From Bacteroidia bacterium (GTDB taxonomy: Bacteria > Bacteroidota > Bacteroidia > Flavobacteriales > Flavobacteriaceae), in assembly GCA_030427865.1 (NCBI GenBank), contig JAUICK010000007.1, positions 76,831-140,830 on the forward strand: DNA of 64,000 bases. The letters run 5' to 3'. Position 1 is the first letter of the stretch. Every line of letters begins with the position of its first letter. The notes under the pieces were generated by a model that saw nothing but the letters and a program-made list of their open reading frames with translations, searched no databases and was not told the DNA's origin. Below, piece after piece: positions 19,392 to 29,486 of this stretch. The position numbers were made by a program, and so were the translations under genes.

Positions 19392-21137
19392 TTATAAAAC
19401 CTTAAAAACTGGTAATCGTAAATGCGCTTTTTCGTAATGAGAAGATTTCTTGTATAAAAAATTTAACTGCATTCTTGGGTTTTTAGCAAAATTTTTATCC
19501 GTTTTTAGTTTCTCTTCAAACGCTTCTTTTATTCGAGGATTTTTAGCTAAAATTTCTTCGGCAATATCTTCAAAAACATACGCAGAATAACCTTCTTTTT
19601 GCTGTAAAATGGTGTCGAAGAAATTCCAGTTAAAAAAAGAATCTGTTGCCTCTGGCTCTAAGGTTTCTAATAGATACCGAATTCCGTTCTGATTTGTTGG
19701 AATGTATAAATCTCCTTTTTTAAATTGAATGTTCTGAGTTACTGATTTTACAATTGTGTTATAATGTAAATAATGCCCTTCATAGGCAGAAGTTCTTGTT
19801 TTGTAATCTGCAATATGATTTACCTCAACAGTAATTGTTGTGTCTTTATCGAACCTTATAAACTCAATTTTGTTGTTTTTTAATCGTTCAATAATTCTAT
19901 GCCAACCTTGTTGTAAAATATAAGCTTTAGGTATTGCTATCTTTTTTGTTGCCGCAAAGTTATTAAAGTAATTTATTTGTTTTGTAAAAGGTTTTGTTTT
20001 ATCGTAAAACAACCTTTTTCCTGTTGTTACTTTACTTTTTATAATTTCTGCTTCAAATCCTTTAAATTGTAGTTCGGTTGAATTTTCTCTATCTACTTTA
20101 TAAGCTATAGGATAAGTTCTTTTATTTAAGATTTCGTCTACTGCTTTATTTCTTAACTTTTTAATTTGAGTAGATTTTTCTTCTGTAAAATCTAATGTAG
20201 AAAGCATTAATTCATAAGTTTGTTCTACTCTTACTTTGTAAGGTTTTAACATATGAGTTTCTACCATTAATCCTAAGGTATGAAACAGAGTTGTATAACC
20301 AGTAGAATATCTTGGTGAGTCAAAAAATTGAGAAAAACCTTGTTCTGGTGTTGTGCCCCAAACATTAACATAAGGTGTAATTTCTATGTTTTTTTCTTGC
20401 AATGATTTTTCTACATAAGGGAGCATTTCGGTTTCAAGAAACTTTCCTAAATTTCCACCTAACTTGTTATGTTGGGTAAATAAATGAGTAATTGCATATT
20501 GATAATCTGCACCATTACTTACATGATTATCAATAAAAACATCTGGATTAACTGTGTGAAAAATTTCTGCAAAGGCAGCAGCATTTTTAGTGTCTTGTTT
20601 AATAAAATCTCTATTTAAATCGTAATTTCTTGCATTTCCTCGAAAGCCATATTCTTTTGGCCCGTTTTGATTTGCTCTTGTATAAGAGTTTCTATTTAAA
20701 GCGCCGCCAACATTGTATACTGGAATAACACAAATAATAGTGTTTTTATATTTTTTTTGAAGAAAATCTTTCTGAATAATATCTCTAACTAATAACATAG
20801 ACGCATCTATACCATCTGACTCTCCTGGATGAATTCCATTATTTATGAGAATTCGATTTTTTGATGATTTTTTAATTTCATCGATATTATAAATTTCTTC
20901 TTGGCTATATACTACTAAATGTAAAGGTTTATTAGAATCTGTTTGCCCAAAAGAAAATAAAGAAACTCCAGAATATTCATCAGCTAAATCTTTATAAAAA
21001 GAAATAACATCTTTGTATTCTGGAGTTTCTGTTCCTTTTGTTTTTTCGAAAAGTGTTGTAAAATCTTTTTCTTTATTATCATTTTTATTGCACGCAACAA
21101 AAGTTAATATATAAAATAATACAACTATTTTTTTCAT
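19392..21137 (-). CDS. M14 zinc carboxypeptidase-like lipoprotein
   Basis: Lipobox FVAC; GIHPGE, DLNRDF, FIDNH motifs. Confidence 0.85.
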   Translation of the reverse strand: MKKIVVLFYILTFVACNKNDNKEKDFTTLFEKTKGTETPEYKDVISFYKDLADEYSGVSLFSFGQTDSNKPLHLVVYSQEEIYNIDEIKKSSKNRILINNGIHPGESDGIDASMLLVRDIIQKDFLQKKYKNTIICVIPVYNVGGALNRNSYTRANQNGPKEYGFRGNARNYDLNRDFIKQDTKNAAAFAEIFHTVNPDVFIDNHVSNGADYQYAITHLFTQHNKLGGNLGKFLETEMLPYVEKSLQEKNIEITPYVNVWGTTPEQGFSQFFDSPRYSTGYTTLFHTLGLMVETHMLKPYKVRVEQTYELMLSTLDFTEEKSTQIKKLRNKAVDEILNKRTYPIAYKVDRENSTELQFKGFEAEIIKSKVTTGKRLFYDKTKPFTKQINYFNNFAATKKIAIPKAYILQQGWHRIIERLKNNKIEFIRFDKDTTITVEVNHIADYKTRTSAYEGHYLHYNTIVKSVTQNIQFKKGDLYIPTNQNGIRYLLETLEPEATDSFFNWNFFDTILQQKEGYSAYVFEDIAEEILAKNPRIKEAFEEKLKTDKNFAKNPRMQLNFLYKKSSHYEKAHLRLPVFKVL

Positions 21138-21141
21138 ACAA

Positions 21142-22107
21142 TTATTCTGTAAAGCGTAGATTTAAAGAATACGTAGAATTGTATGGCTGACCTCTTTTTT
21201 GAGCTGGTGTCCATCCTTTCATTAAAGATAAAACTCTTTTTACTTCAGTATTGTAATCTACTGTAAGCCCTCTAACTACATTAACATTTCCAACAAGCCC
21301 CTCTTTGGTTACTAAAAAATTAACAAAAATATCTCCAGCAATTCCAGCTGTATTTGAATTAAAGTTTTTGTCTACATATTTTCTAACTGCGCTATTGTCT
21401 TTCTTTTTGTAATATGCTGGGCTACTAACTTCTTTATAGGAAAAACTTTCTCCTGCATCATTCCAACTTGTTCCTTTTGAAAGTTTTCCTTTTTTGTATG
21501 TTTCTTCATACTTTTTTACTTTACCTTTATAGGCGGTCCATATACCATGTTTAAGACCATCTTTATAGCTCCCTTTTTCTATTAACCCTTCTTCATTTAT
21601 AAATTCTGCAAAACCATCTCCATCTGTTACAGTTTGTTCTCCTTTTGTGTCCCAAAAGTTTATTATTAAATTTTTAGTTTTGTCACTAAAATAACTTCCT
21701 GAAGACATTTTTTCTTCAGAACGTTTTTTCCCGTTTTCATAATAATAGGTCCAAATTCCTCTCGCTTTTTTTCCGTTTACAGTTTTACCTTCAGAAGCTT
21801 TATTTCCGTTTTTATGATAAGAAATAAAGTCTCCATTTGCTTTTAAAAGCTGTAAACCATTGGTTGTAAATTTAGAGTCTAAAACATATTCGTTTTTAGA
21901 GTCATCTAATAGATATTTTTCTACGTTATAGACATTGCTATTTTTACCAACATTGGTTTCTTTTACAATTACTAATGTATTTGTCTTAACATAAGTAGCT
22001 CTATTATTAACGTAATATAATGTATCACCAACTTTATAGTAGGAATTTTGCGAAAAACCTACACCAACTACCATCATTAAAATTGCTGTAATTACAAATT
22101 TTTTCAT
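21142..22107 (-). CDS. MORN-variant repeat protein with C-terminal TonB domain
   Basis: YYENGKKRSE-type repeats; FLVTKEG..GNVNVVRG...WTPAQKRG TonB-C pattern. Confidence 0.75.
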   Translation of the reverse strand: MKKFVITAILMMVVGVGFSQNSYYKVGDTLYYVNNRATYVKTNTLVIVKETNVGKNSNVYNVEKYLLDDSKNEYVLDSKFTTNGLQLLKANGDFISYHKNGNKASEGKTVNGKKARGIWTYYYENGKKRSEEKMSSGSYFSDKTKNLIINFWDTKGEQTVTDGDGFAEFINEEGLIEKGSYKDGLKHGIWTAYKGKVKKYEETYKKGKLSKGTSWNDAGESFSYKEVSSPAYYKKKDNSAVRKYVDKNFNSNTAGIAGDIFVNFLVTKEGLVGNVNVVRGLTVDYNTEVKRVLSLMKGWTPAQKRGQPYNSTYSLNLRFTE

Positions 22108-22126
22108 TTTTTGTTCTATTTTTAAT

Positions 22127-22588
22127 TTATTGCTTTGATATTCTTACACTTTTTGGAACCAATTTGGTATAATCTCCATTATTTCTGATTACTTCTCTTA
22201 CAATTGACGAAGATATATAAGAGGTACTTGCAGCCGTTAATAAAAAAACAGTTTCTACTGGAGCTAAATCTCTATTAGTATGCGCAATAGCTTTTTCGAA
22301 TTCAAAATCGGCAGGATTTCTAAGGCCTCTTAAAATAAATTCTACATCATTTTCTTGACAAAAATCTACGGTTAAACCTTTGTAGGCAACCACTTTAATT
22401 TTTGGATTATCAGCAAAAGAATCTTCTATAAACTTTTTTCTTTCTTCTAAAGAAAACATGTATTTTTTATTAGAATTTACACCAATAGCAATAATAAGTT
22501 CATCAAATAATGTTACACCACGAGTAATAATATCGTAATGACCAGAAGTAATTGGATCAAAAGACCCTGGAAATATTGCTTTTTTCAT
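22127..22588 (-). CDS. coaD: Pantetheine-phosphate adenylyltransferase
   Basis: FPGSFDPITSGH, RGLR..DFEFE, ISSSIVRE; -7 box TATTTTTG at 22630-22637. Confidence 0.96.
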   Translation of the reverse strand: MKKAIFPGSFDPITSGHYDIITRGVTLFDELIIAIGVNSNKKYMFSLEERKKFIEDSFADNPKIKVVAYKGLTVDFCQENDVEFILRGLRNPADFEFEKAIAHTNRDLAPVETVFLLTAASTSYISSSIVREVIRNNGDYTKLVPKSVRISKQ

Positions 22589-22669
22589 GTACCCTCTTTT
22601 ATACTTTGAAGTATACTATTAAATAATGACAAAAATAGAAAAATAACTTAAACAAAGGGCTTACTTCCT

Positions 22670-23653
22670 TTATTTATAGCTATTGAGGGAACTCTCTATA
22701 GCATTGTCAAATAATTCTTTTAATGATATCCCTGCTGCTTGAGCTTGTTGAGGTAAAATACTCTCTTCTGTAAGCCCGGGAACAGTATTCATTTCTAAGA
22801 AATATGGTTCGCAATTTACTAAAATATATTCAGAACGAGAAAATCCAGACATATTTAAAACTGAATACACTTTTTTTGCTGTTTCTTCTACTTTTATTAG
22901 CGTTTCCTTAGAAATTCTTGCAGGTGTAATTTCTTGAGATTTTCCTTCATATTTCGCTTCATAATCAAAAAAATCGTTCTCAGAAACTATTTCTGTAATT
23001 GGTAAAACTTTAATTTTGCCTTTGTATTGAATTACGCCAACAGAAACCTCTACTCCATCTAAAAAAGATTCTATTAAAATTTCTGAATCTTCTTGATAGG
23101 CTTTTTCAATCGCTGGCATTATTTCATCTAAAGTATGTGCTTTAGAAATTCCATAACTAGAGCCTGCATTGTTTGGCTTTACAAAACAAGGTAACCCCAC
23201 TTTAGCTATAATTTTTTCAAGATTTATCTCATCACCTTTATTTAAATAAACAGAAACCGCAGTTTGTACACCATATTCTTTTACAACACTTAAAGTATCT
23301 CGTTTATTAAATGTTAAAGCCATTTGATAGAAAGGAGCTGAAGTGTGAGGTATATTTAATAATTCTAAGTAACTTAAAAAGATTCCGTTTTCTCCTGGAG
23401 CTCCATGAATGGCATTAAAAACGCAGCTAAAAACTACTTTTTTATTATTTAGAACAAAAGAAAAATCTTCTTTATAAATTGGATATTCGTTATTATTATC
23501 ATCTAAAACCACCCATTTTTCTCTAAAAATATGTACTCTAAACGGATTGTATTTTGCTTTATCTAAATGATTATAAACTACGTTTCCACTTTTTAAAGAA
23601 ATGTTTATTTCGGATGAATAACCACCCATAACAATTGCGATATTTTTCTTCAT
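22670..23653 (-). CDS. ddl: D-alanine--D-alanine ligase
   Basis: GGYSSE..ISLKSG, HGAPGENG, VKP..AGSS, DYEAKY, EMNTVPG; -7 box at 23673-23680. Confidence 0.95.
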   Translation of the reverse strand: MKKNIAIVMGGYSSEINISLKSGNVVYNHLDKAKYNPFRVHIFREKWVVLDDNNNEYPIYKEDFSFVLNNKKVVFSCVFNAIHGAPGENGIFLSYLELLNIPHTSAPFYQMALTFNKRDTLSVVKEYGVQTAVSVYLNKGDEINLEKIIAKVGLPCFVKPNNAGSSYGISKAHTLDEIMPAIEKAYQEDSEILIESFLDGVEVSVGVIQYKGKIKVLPITEIVSENDFFDYEAKYEGKSQEITPARISKETLIKVEETAKKVYSVLNMSGFSRSEYILVNCEPYFLEMNTVPGLTEESILPQQAQAAGISLKELFDNAIESSLNSYK

Positions 23654-23745
23654 TGATTGTAAAATAATAAAACAAATTTATCAAAATAATTATAGAAACG
23701 ACAACGTTTAGTTTTTATATATTTGTGTGTTCTAAAAATCAAAAA

Positions 23746-24303
23746 ATGAGTGTTTTTCAGTTTGTAAAAAGTAAATCCTTTTTTAAACAAGTTGCTTTGG
23801 CAATTACGGGTTTATTGGTGTTTGTTTTTATATTAAAATACTGGTTAGGAGTTACGACTAATCATAATCAAAAAATTCAGGTACCGAATTTGCAAAAAAT
23901 GTCTTTAACAGATGTAGATAAGAAGTTAAAAGAACTTCATTTACGTTTCGAAATTATTGATAGTGCAAGCTACAACCCAGATTATCCTAAAAAATCTGTT
24001 ATAGAACAGAGTCCTGAAGCTGGTGATTTTGTAAAAGAAAAGCGTAAAATTTACCTAACTTTAAACCCTTCTAAATATAGAGATGTTACCATACCAGATT
24101 TGAATGGAAGAACAAAAAGACAGGCAACTTCTCAGTTAAAAGCCAAAGGTTTAAATGTTGGCACCAATTTTACTTATGTACATGACATTGGTAAAGATGT
24201 TGTTCGTGGATTACGTTTTAAAGGAAAAATATTAAATCCTGGCGATAAATTACCTTTAAACTCTATTGTAGATTTAGTTTTAGGTGATGGTAGAGGAAAT
24301 TAA
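23746..24303 (+). CDS. PASTA domain protein (start moved to MSVFQF)
   Basis: N-terminal TM helix, VPNL and IPDL PASTA repeats; -7 box TATATTTG at 23718-23725. Confidence 0.85.
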   Translation: MSVFQFVKSKSFFKQVALAITGLLVFVFILKYWLGVTTNHNQKIQVPNLQKMSLTDVDKKLKELHLRFEIIDSASYNPDYPKKSVIEQSPEAGDFVKEKRKIYLTLNPSKYRDVTIPDLNGRTKRQATSQLKAKGLNVGTNFTYVHDIGKDVVRGLRFKGKILNPGDKLPLNSIVDLVLGDGRGN

Positions 24304-24347
24304 TGGTTAGTAGTTTATGGTTTCCAAAATTGAAAAATTCTAACAAC

Positions 24348-24375
24348 TGTCATTTCAAGCGAAGTCGAGAAATCT
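24348..24375 (+). repeat. REP-like palindromic repeat, intergenic copy
   Basis: TGTCATTTCAAGCGAAGTCGAGAAATCT is 26/28 identical to the copy inside kmo (51744-51771). Confidence 0.75.
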
Positions 24376-24398
24376 CAACTTTGAAACTATAGTAAAAA

Positions 24399-25436
24399 AT
24401 GCAAGAAAATCTACCACAAGATATAGAAAACGACGATTTATACGAACATCACAAGTTTGTAGCTAAACTAGGGCAAGAACCTTTAAGAGTTGATAAATTT
24501 TTGATGAATTTTGTACAAAATGCTACAAGAAATAAAATTCAACAAGCCGCAAAAGCGGGTAATGTTTTGGTAAATGATATGGTTGTAAAATCTAATCACA
24601 AAGTAAAACCAAACGATGTTGTAAGAGTTGTTTTAGCATATCCTCCTCACGAAAATTTATTAGTTGCAGAAGACATCCCAATAGATATTGTTTTTGAAGA
24701 TGATACAGTAATTGTAGTTAATAAACCTGCTGGTATGGTAGTTCATCCTGGACATGGAAATTATTCTGGAACTTTAGTAAACGGCTTAATTCATCATATA
24801 GAAAACTTACCTACAAACTCTAATGAAAGACCTGGTCTAGTGCATAGAATAGATAAAGATACAAGTGGATTATTAGTGGTTGCAAAAACAGAATTTGCAA
24901 TGGCACATTTATCGAAACAATTTTTTGATAGAACTACAGAGCGCTTATATTATGCATTGGTTTGGGGAAATATCGAGGAAGATGAAGGTACAATTGAAGG
25001 AAATATTGGTCGTAGCTTAAAAAACCGTTTGCAAATGGCTGTTTTTCCTGATGGTGATTTTGGAAAACATGCTGTTACGCATTTTAAAGTTCTTGAGCGA
25101 TTAACTTATGTTACTTTGGTGCAATGTAAGTTAGAAACTGGAAGAACACACCAAATTAGAGCACATTTTAAACATATTGGGCACACACTGTTTAATGATG
25201 AACGTTATGGTGGAAATGATATTTTAAAAGGAACTACATTTACCAAATACAAACAATTTGTGCACAACTGTTTTAAGGTATTGCCTAGACAAGCTCTACA
25301 TGCAAAAACATTAGGTTTTACACATCCAATAACTAAAGAATTTTTACAGTTTAATTCTAATATCCCAAAAGACATGTCTGATTGTTTAGAGAAATGGCGA
25401 ACTTATTCTGAAAATTCTAAAGAAGAAATTGAATAA
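24399..25436 (+). CDS. rluD: RluA-family 23S rRNA pseudouridine synthase with S4 domain
   Basis: RVDKFL S4 domain, NKPAGMVVHP, HRIDKDTSG, GRTHQIR, QALHA. Confidence 0.9.
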   Translation: MQENLPQDIENDDLYEHHKFVAKLGQEPLRVDKFLMNFVQNATRNKIQQAAKAGNVLVNDMVVKSNHKVKPNDVVRVVLAYPPHENLLVAEDIPIDIVFEDDTVIVVNKPAGMVVHPGHGNYSGTLVNGLIHHIENLPTNSNERPGLVHRIDKDTSGLLVVAKTEFAMAHLSKQFFDRTTERLYYALVWGNIEEDEGTIEGNIGRSLKNRLQMAVFPDGDFGKHAVTHFKVLERLTYVTLVQCKLETGRTHQIRAHFKHIGHTLFNDERYGGNDILKGTTFTKYKQFVHNCFKVLPRQALHAKTLGFTHPITKEFLQFNSNIPKDMSDCLEKWRTYSENSKEEIE

Positions 25437-25511
25437 ACGCTATTAACCACAATTATTAAACACCCTCTATTTCTCTACAACAGGTGTTTGTTTTTAAGCA
25501 AATGCTAAATT

Positions 25512-26230
25512 CTATTTATGCAAAATTGAATAACCAAATACAATAGATAATGTTTCATGATTAGATTTCCAAGAGATGAAATCTGATAATATATCTCTTT
25601 TATGATATTGCAACTCAACACCATATCTTTTAAACTTATAACCAATACCAAAGGCTAAATTGTTAGTACTAGAAACTTCTAATGAACTTATATTTGAGCC
25701 ATCATTTCTGGTAAAATCAATTGATGAATTCATAGGTAAACCAAATACTAAAGAAGTATTTAAAAAAAGCTTAGAATCTTTATTCAAAAAAAGGTAGTGT
25801 CTTAAAGTTACAGGAATTTCAATAGAACTGTAATTTATATTTGCTCTTAATTCACCTCCAACGACATTACCTGAATTTTTAATTTTTTCAACTTTGTAAT
25901 TTTGATAAGTTGGCTCTATTGCTATAGCCCATTTATTTTTGTTAAAAGGTAAAACAAACTCTGCTTCCAAACCAAAACCAATGCCAACTTTGTTACCAAA
26001 ATTTGTATTTCTTAGACTACTAACTGAGTTTTCTATTGACAAAGAAGAACTATTTATTCGAGGTCTAACATTCAAATTAAATAAGCCCTTTTTTTGTTTT
26101 TTTACATATTTTACAAATTCAGTATTACTACATTTATTGTAATTGATAAAAAGATTAACTAATTTACTTTTTTATATTCAAAGGAGTTAAATGCCCACAT
26201 TGTAAAACTTGAACATTTTAAATCATTACA
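25512..26230 (-). pseudogene. 5'-truncated, frameshifted outer-membrane beta-barrel protein
   Basis: Track ORF has no signal peptide; its frame stays open to 26171 and continues in another frame (NDLKC...FEYKK) across a 6-A run at 26168-26173, then stops at 26231. Confidence 0.65.
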
Positions 26231-26253
26231 TTATACTGATATCTGTCATAACT

Positions 26254-26721
26254 TTAACAACACTTAGAGCTTGGTTCGCAACAAGAGCTTTGTATATCAG
26301 AAATTTTAATTCTTGGTTTTTCAGTTGGAAGTCCACATGCTTTAAGAGCTAAACATGCAGTAACTTTAGAAGTTAACAAAAAGTTTTTACCATCAAAATC
26401 TAAATTGTATTTACCAATAGTTTCTTTGCCTTGGTATTCTATTTCTATTTCTAAATCATCAAACTTAAAAATCTTTTCAGACAATTCTAAGATGTACATT
26501 AATTTCTCTGGATGCAATCTGTGGTCGTAATCATTTTCTTCCCATAATTGGAAATTAATAACGGTTTCACTCCTTACTTTTCCTCCACAATCTATAAAGT
26601 CTTTTGTAATTTTCCCGACTTCTGTAACATGAAAATGAGATGGCACTAACTTTCCATTTGGTAGTTGAAAAGCAATAGTTTCTAAGTTTTTTAAATGGTT
26701 TTTAATCTCTGATAATTTCAT
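26254..26721 (-). CDS. DUF6428-like protein (ars-operon associated)
   Basis: PSHFHVTEVG, FIDCGG..R, QLW...DYDHRL, Cys-rich tail SSCCEPSSKCC. Confidence 0.75.
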   Translation of the reverse strand: MKLSEIKNHLKNLETIAFQLPNGKLVPSHFHVTEVGKITKDFIDCGGKVRSETVINFQLWEENDYDHRLHPEKLMYILELSEKIFKFDDLEIEIEYQGKETIGKYNLDFDGKNFLLTSKVTACLALKACGLPTEKPRIKISDIQSSCCEPSSKCC

Positions 26722-26731
26722 AATATTTATT

Positions 26732-27058
26732 TTAACAACAACTTCCTGTCGATTTTTTATTTAAAAATTTGCCTAAAAGGCTTTTTATGTCTTCCCAATT
26801 TTCTTCATGAATGCAATAACAAACACTTGTACCTTCTATTTTTCCTTTTATTACTCCAACATTTTTTAATTCTTTTAAATGTTGAGAAATTGTGGGTTGC
26901 GCCAAACCAATATCTTTTACTAAATCTCCACAAACACAGGATTTTAGTTTGATTAAAAATTCTAAAATGGCAATTCTTGCAGGATGACCTAATACTTTAG
27001 CTATTGCAGCTATTTTGTTTTGCTCTTCTGTAAAAATTTCTGATTTGGTTAACCCCAT
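26732..27058 (-). CDS. arsR: ArsR/SmtB family transcriptional repressor
   Basis: LGHPAR, CVCGDL metal site, LAQPTISQHLKELK HTH, C-terminal CC. Confidence 0.88.
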   Translation of the reverse strand: MGLTKSEIFTEEQNKIAAIAKVLGHPARIAILEFLIKLKSCVCGDLVKDIGLAQPTISQHLKELKNVGVIKGKIEGTSVCYCIHEENWEDIKSLLGKFLNKKSTGSCC

Positions 27059-27070
27059 ATTAATCTATTT

Positions 27071-27086
27071 ATTGCAATATTACGAT
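27071..27086. promoter_or_regulatory. Candidate ArsR operator overlapping a near-consensus -7 box
   Basis: Imperfect palindrome ATTGCAATATTACGAT (12/16) 13 nt upstream of the arsR ATG. Confidence 0.55.
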
Positions 27087-27114
27087 TAATAATTGAAATA
27101 AAAAATATTTTTTA

Positions 27115-28011
27115 TTATTTGCTTAAATCAAATAAATATCCAACAGATAAACTAAAAAATTTAGTAGTCGGCAAATTACTTTCATTTGCAACTGCATGAG
27201 GCAAATTTAGTGAGTAACCTAATTCGAAATCCCAAGATTTAGTTGTAAATGATAGTGGAATTAAAATTTGCGTATTTAAAAAACTAAAAACTTCTTCTGT
27301 TATTGTTCTTAAAAATGGAGATGTTCTAAAGCGCTGAAGATAGGTATATTCTTGTTTTGCTGCAATAAAACTCAATGTTGGTCTTAACCTTAAGGCAAAA
27401 GTAGAATTTCTTATTAAATTAATTCTTGCAAAAGAGTTAGATATAAATTGATATGATGTATCTGAACCAAATAAATAAGACACAGAAAATGTACTTCCCA
27501 AAGTTCTTTTTTTATTTCTAACACCCAAACTAAGGTCTATAGAATTCGTAAAATCATCAAAATCATCAGAATAAAAATACTTTGTGTACCCCAAATTATA
27601 AATAAATTTATTGTGCCCAAAAGTATTTAAATACCCCAAAGAAATACTCGTAAAATCCCATTGTGGAGAAAAATTTTGATAATAAACCCCAGAAATACTT
27701 GCATTAAAACCTGATGAATGGTAATACGAAATTTGAGGAATACTATTAAATTGATTTGTGCCAGAATCTCTTCCAGAAAAGTAGGTGTTACTATTATATG
27801 CTACTGAAGTATAGATAAAATTATACGAATTCCCTCCTTCTATTAATTCGTCTAAAAATTGTTTATCGTCAAAAAATAAATCATCTAAAATATTATCTAT
27901 ATCTTCATCACTACGTTCTTGTGCATACGAACAAAAAGAGGTTGCCATTGTTAACAATAGCAACCCAAAAACTTGTAATTTTGTTTTTATTTTTTGATAA
28001 AATTTAATCAT
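27115..28011 (-). CDS. Hypothetical outer-membrane beta-barrel-like protein
   Basis: Signal peptide (SYA-Q), alternating aromatic beta-strand pattern, YLFDL near the C-terminus. Confidence 0.6.
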   Translation of the reverse strand: MIKFYQKIKTKLQVFGLLLLTMATSFCSYAQERSDEDIDNILDDLFFDDKQFLDELIEGGNSYNFIYTSVAYNSNTYFSGRDSGTNQFNSIPQISYYHSSGFNASISGVYYQNFSPQWDFTSISLGYLNTFGHNKFIYNLGYTKYFYSDDFDDFTNSIDLSLGVRNKKRTLGSTFSVSYLFGSDTSYQFISNSFARINLIRNSTFALRLRPTLSFIAAKQEYTYLQRFRTSPFLRTITEEVFSFLNTQILIPLSFTTKSWDFELGYSLNLPHAVANESNLPTTKFFSLSVGYLFDLSK

Positions 28012-28020
28012 CTATCCATA

Positions 28021-28494
28021 TTAGTTCCTTTTTGGTCTTGCCTTTTTTCCGTTTGATTTTTTTTCTCTGGGACCATTTTTTAGCTCACCTCTATCTTTAG
28101 CTTTTCTAATTTTATCTATCCTTTCTTTAAGCATTTTTCTTTGCTCTCTGGTTAAGGTTTTTCTAAAACTTTCTCTGGTTTTTCTTAGACGTACTTGCTG
28201 ATTTTTTACCAATTCTTTTTGGGTTTTGGTAAACGTTTTCATTAAGCGTTGCCTAACTTCGTTTCTCGAAATTGTTTTATCTTTTAAAATAGCCAATTGC
28301 TCTTTAGTTAGTGTTGCTTTAAAGGCCTCTCTATTGGCTTTCATAACTTCACGTTCTTTTTGCAATAAGGTCTTTTGTTCTTTCGTAAGTTCTTTGGTTA
28401 TTAACTTGTAATTAGAATCTTGAGCAAAGGTAGAATTGCCAAACATCAATAAACCCAAAAAGCTAATTTGTAATATGATGATTTTCATTTTCAT
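28021..28494 (-). CDS. Periplasmic helical protein, Spy/CpxP-like
   Basis: Signal peptide plus four LTxEQ/LTxxQ motifs; very basic. Confidence 0.6.
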   Translation of the reverse strand: MKMKIIILQISFLGLLMFGNSTFAQDSNYKLITKELTKEQKTLLQKEREVMKANREAFKATLTKEQLAILKDKTISRNEVRQRLMKTFTKTQKELVKNQQVRLRKTRESFRKTLTREQRKMLKERIDKIRKAKDRGELKNGPREKKSNGKKARPKRN

Positions 28495-28540
28495 TTTCTT
28501 GTTATTTTGCTCAATAGCATCTAAAAGTACTAAATTTTAT

Positions 28541-29416
28541 TTAGTTTTTACAACTTTCTTTGGCAGCTTTCATTTCATCTGCATCATTAATTGTAGCAGT
28601 TGATCCGTCTTTATAAGTAATATCTACTGGGTAATTTAAAGCTCCTTTTTCATCTACGTCTGGGTTTGCTTTATGCCATCTTCTTAATTGTCTAAAATCT
28701 GCTCTTTGATTAACTGTAATAAGGGTTGCATCTGGCATTGTAAAACTAACTGGCAAGACTAATCTAAAACATTTTCTTTTGTCTTTTCCTCTTTTACAAG
28801 AATCTTTAATTGTTTTTAATTCGTCTCTATCTAATAAAGTTTGTACAGTATCATCTTCTAAAGTAACATCTACAGGGAAAACTAATTCTGGACGTTCAGT
28901 AACATCTATATTTGCAGTATACCAATCTCTTATTAATGTCCAATCGTCTTTGCTGTTTAATGTAATTGATGAGTTATCTGGCATAATAAAATCGATAGGA
29001 AATACAAATTGAAAACACTTATGCCTTCTCTTTTTTCTTTTTTCATTTGTATTTTCTAATTGTCTTCCTTGAGTCGTAAAAAAAATAGCACTACTAATTT
29101 CTGCTCTAGACACATTATCTGTAATAGCTGTTATTTTATAACCTAAACCTACAGCTAATTCTGCAGTTTCTATAAAACTATCTGCTAAATCTCCATTAAA
29201 TGCAGTTACTATAGCAGATGGTAGACTGCTTTCTTCTACAACTATTGTAGATGCAGCTTCTATTTGCGCTATTAAAGCATCATCACTTGCAGCAGTTTCT
29301 AGTCCATCTGAATCTGAACACGAAGTAAATAATAATGCTGATAAAATAAATGCGGTAATTGAGAAAAATAAAATACTCGATTTTAAAATACTTTCTCTTG
29401 AAATTGTAGTTCTCAT
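28541..29416 (-). CDS. Hypothetical lipoprotein with two tandem Cys-bounded domains
   Basis: Lipobox FTSC; two ~75-aa repeats KCF..V.P..F.MPD...PVD.T..D.....SC. Confidence 0.7.
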   Translation of the reverse strand: MRTTISRESILKSSILFFSITAFILSALLFTSCSDSDGLETAASDDALIAQIEAASTIVVEESSLPSAIVTAFNGDLADSFIETAELAVGLGYKITAITDNVSRAEISSAIFFTTQGRQLENTNEKRKKRRHKCFQFVFPIDFIMPDNSSITLNSKDDWTLIRDWYTANIDVTERPELVFPVDVTLEDDTVQTLLDRDELKTIKDSCKRGKDKRKCFRLVLPVSFTMPDATLITVNQRADFRQLRRWHKANPDVDEKGALNYPVDITYKDGSTATINDADEMKAAKESCKN

Positions 29417-29452
29417 AATTGGTAAATTTTAATTATTAATTGTTTCTATTTC

Positions 29453-29480
29453 TTAGAACCACGTTTATTTAAATAGTTTG
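29453..29480 (-). promoter_or_regulatory. ECF sigma-type promoter of the lipoprotein gene
   Basis: CAAACT-N16-TTCTAA, same geometry as the other two copies. Confidence 0.65.
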
Positions 29481-29486
29481 AAAAAA

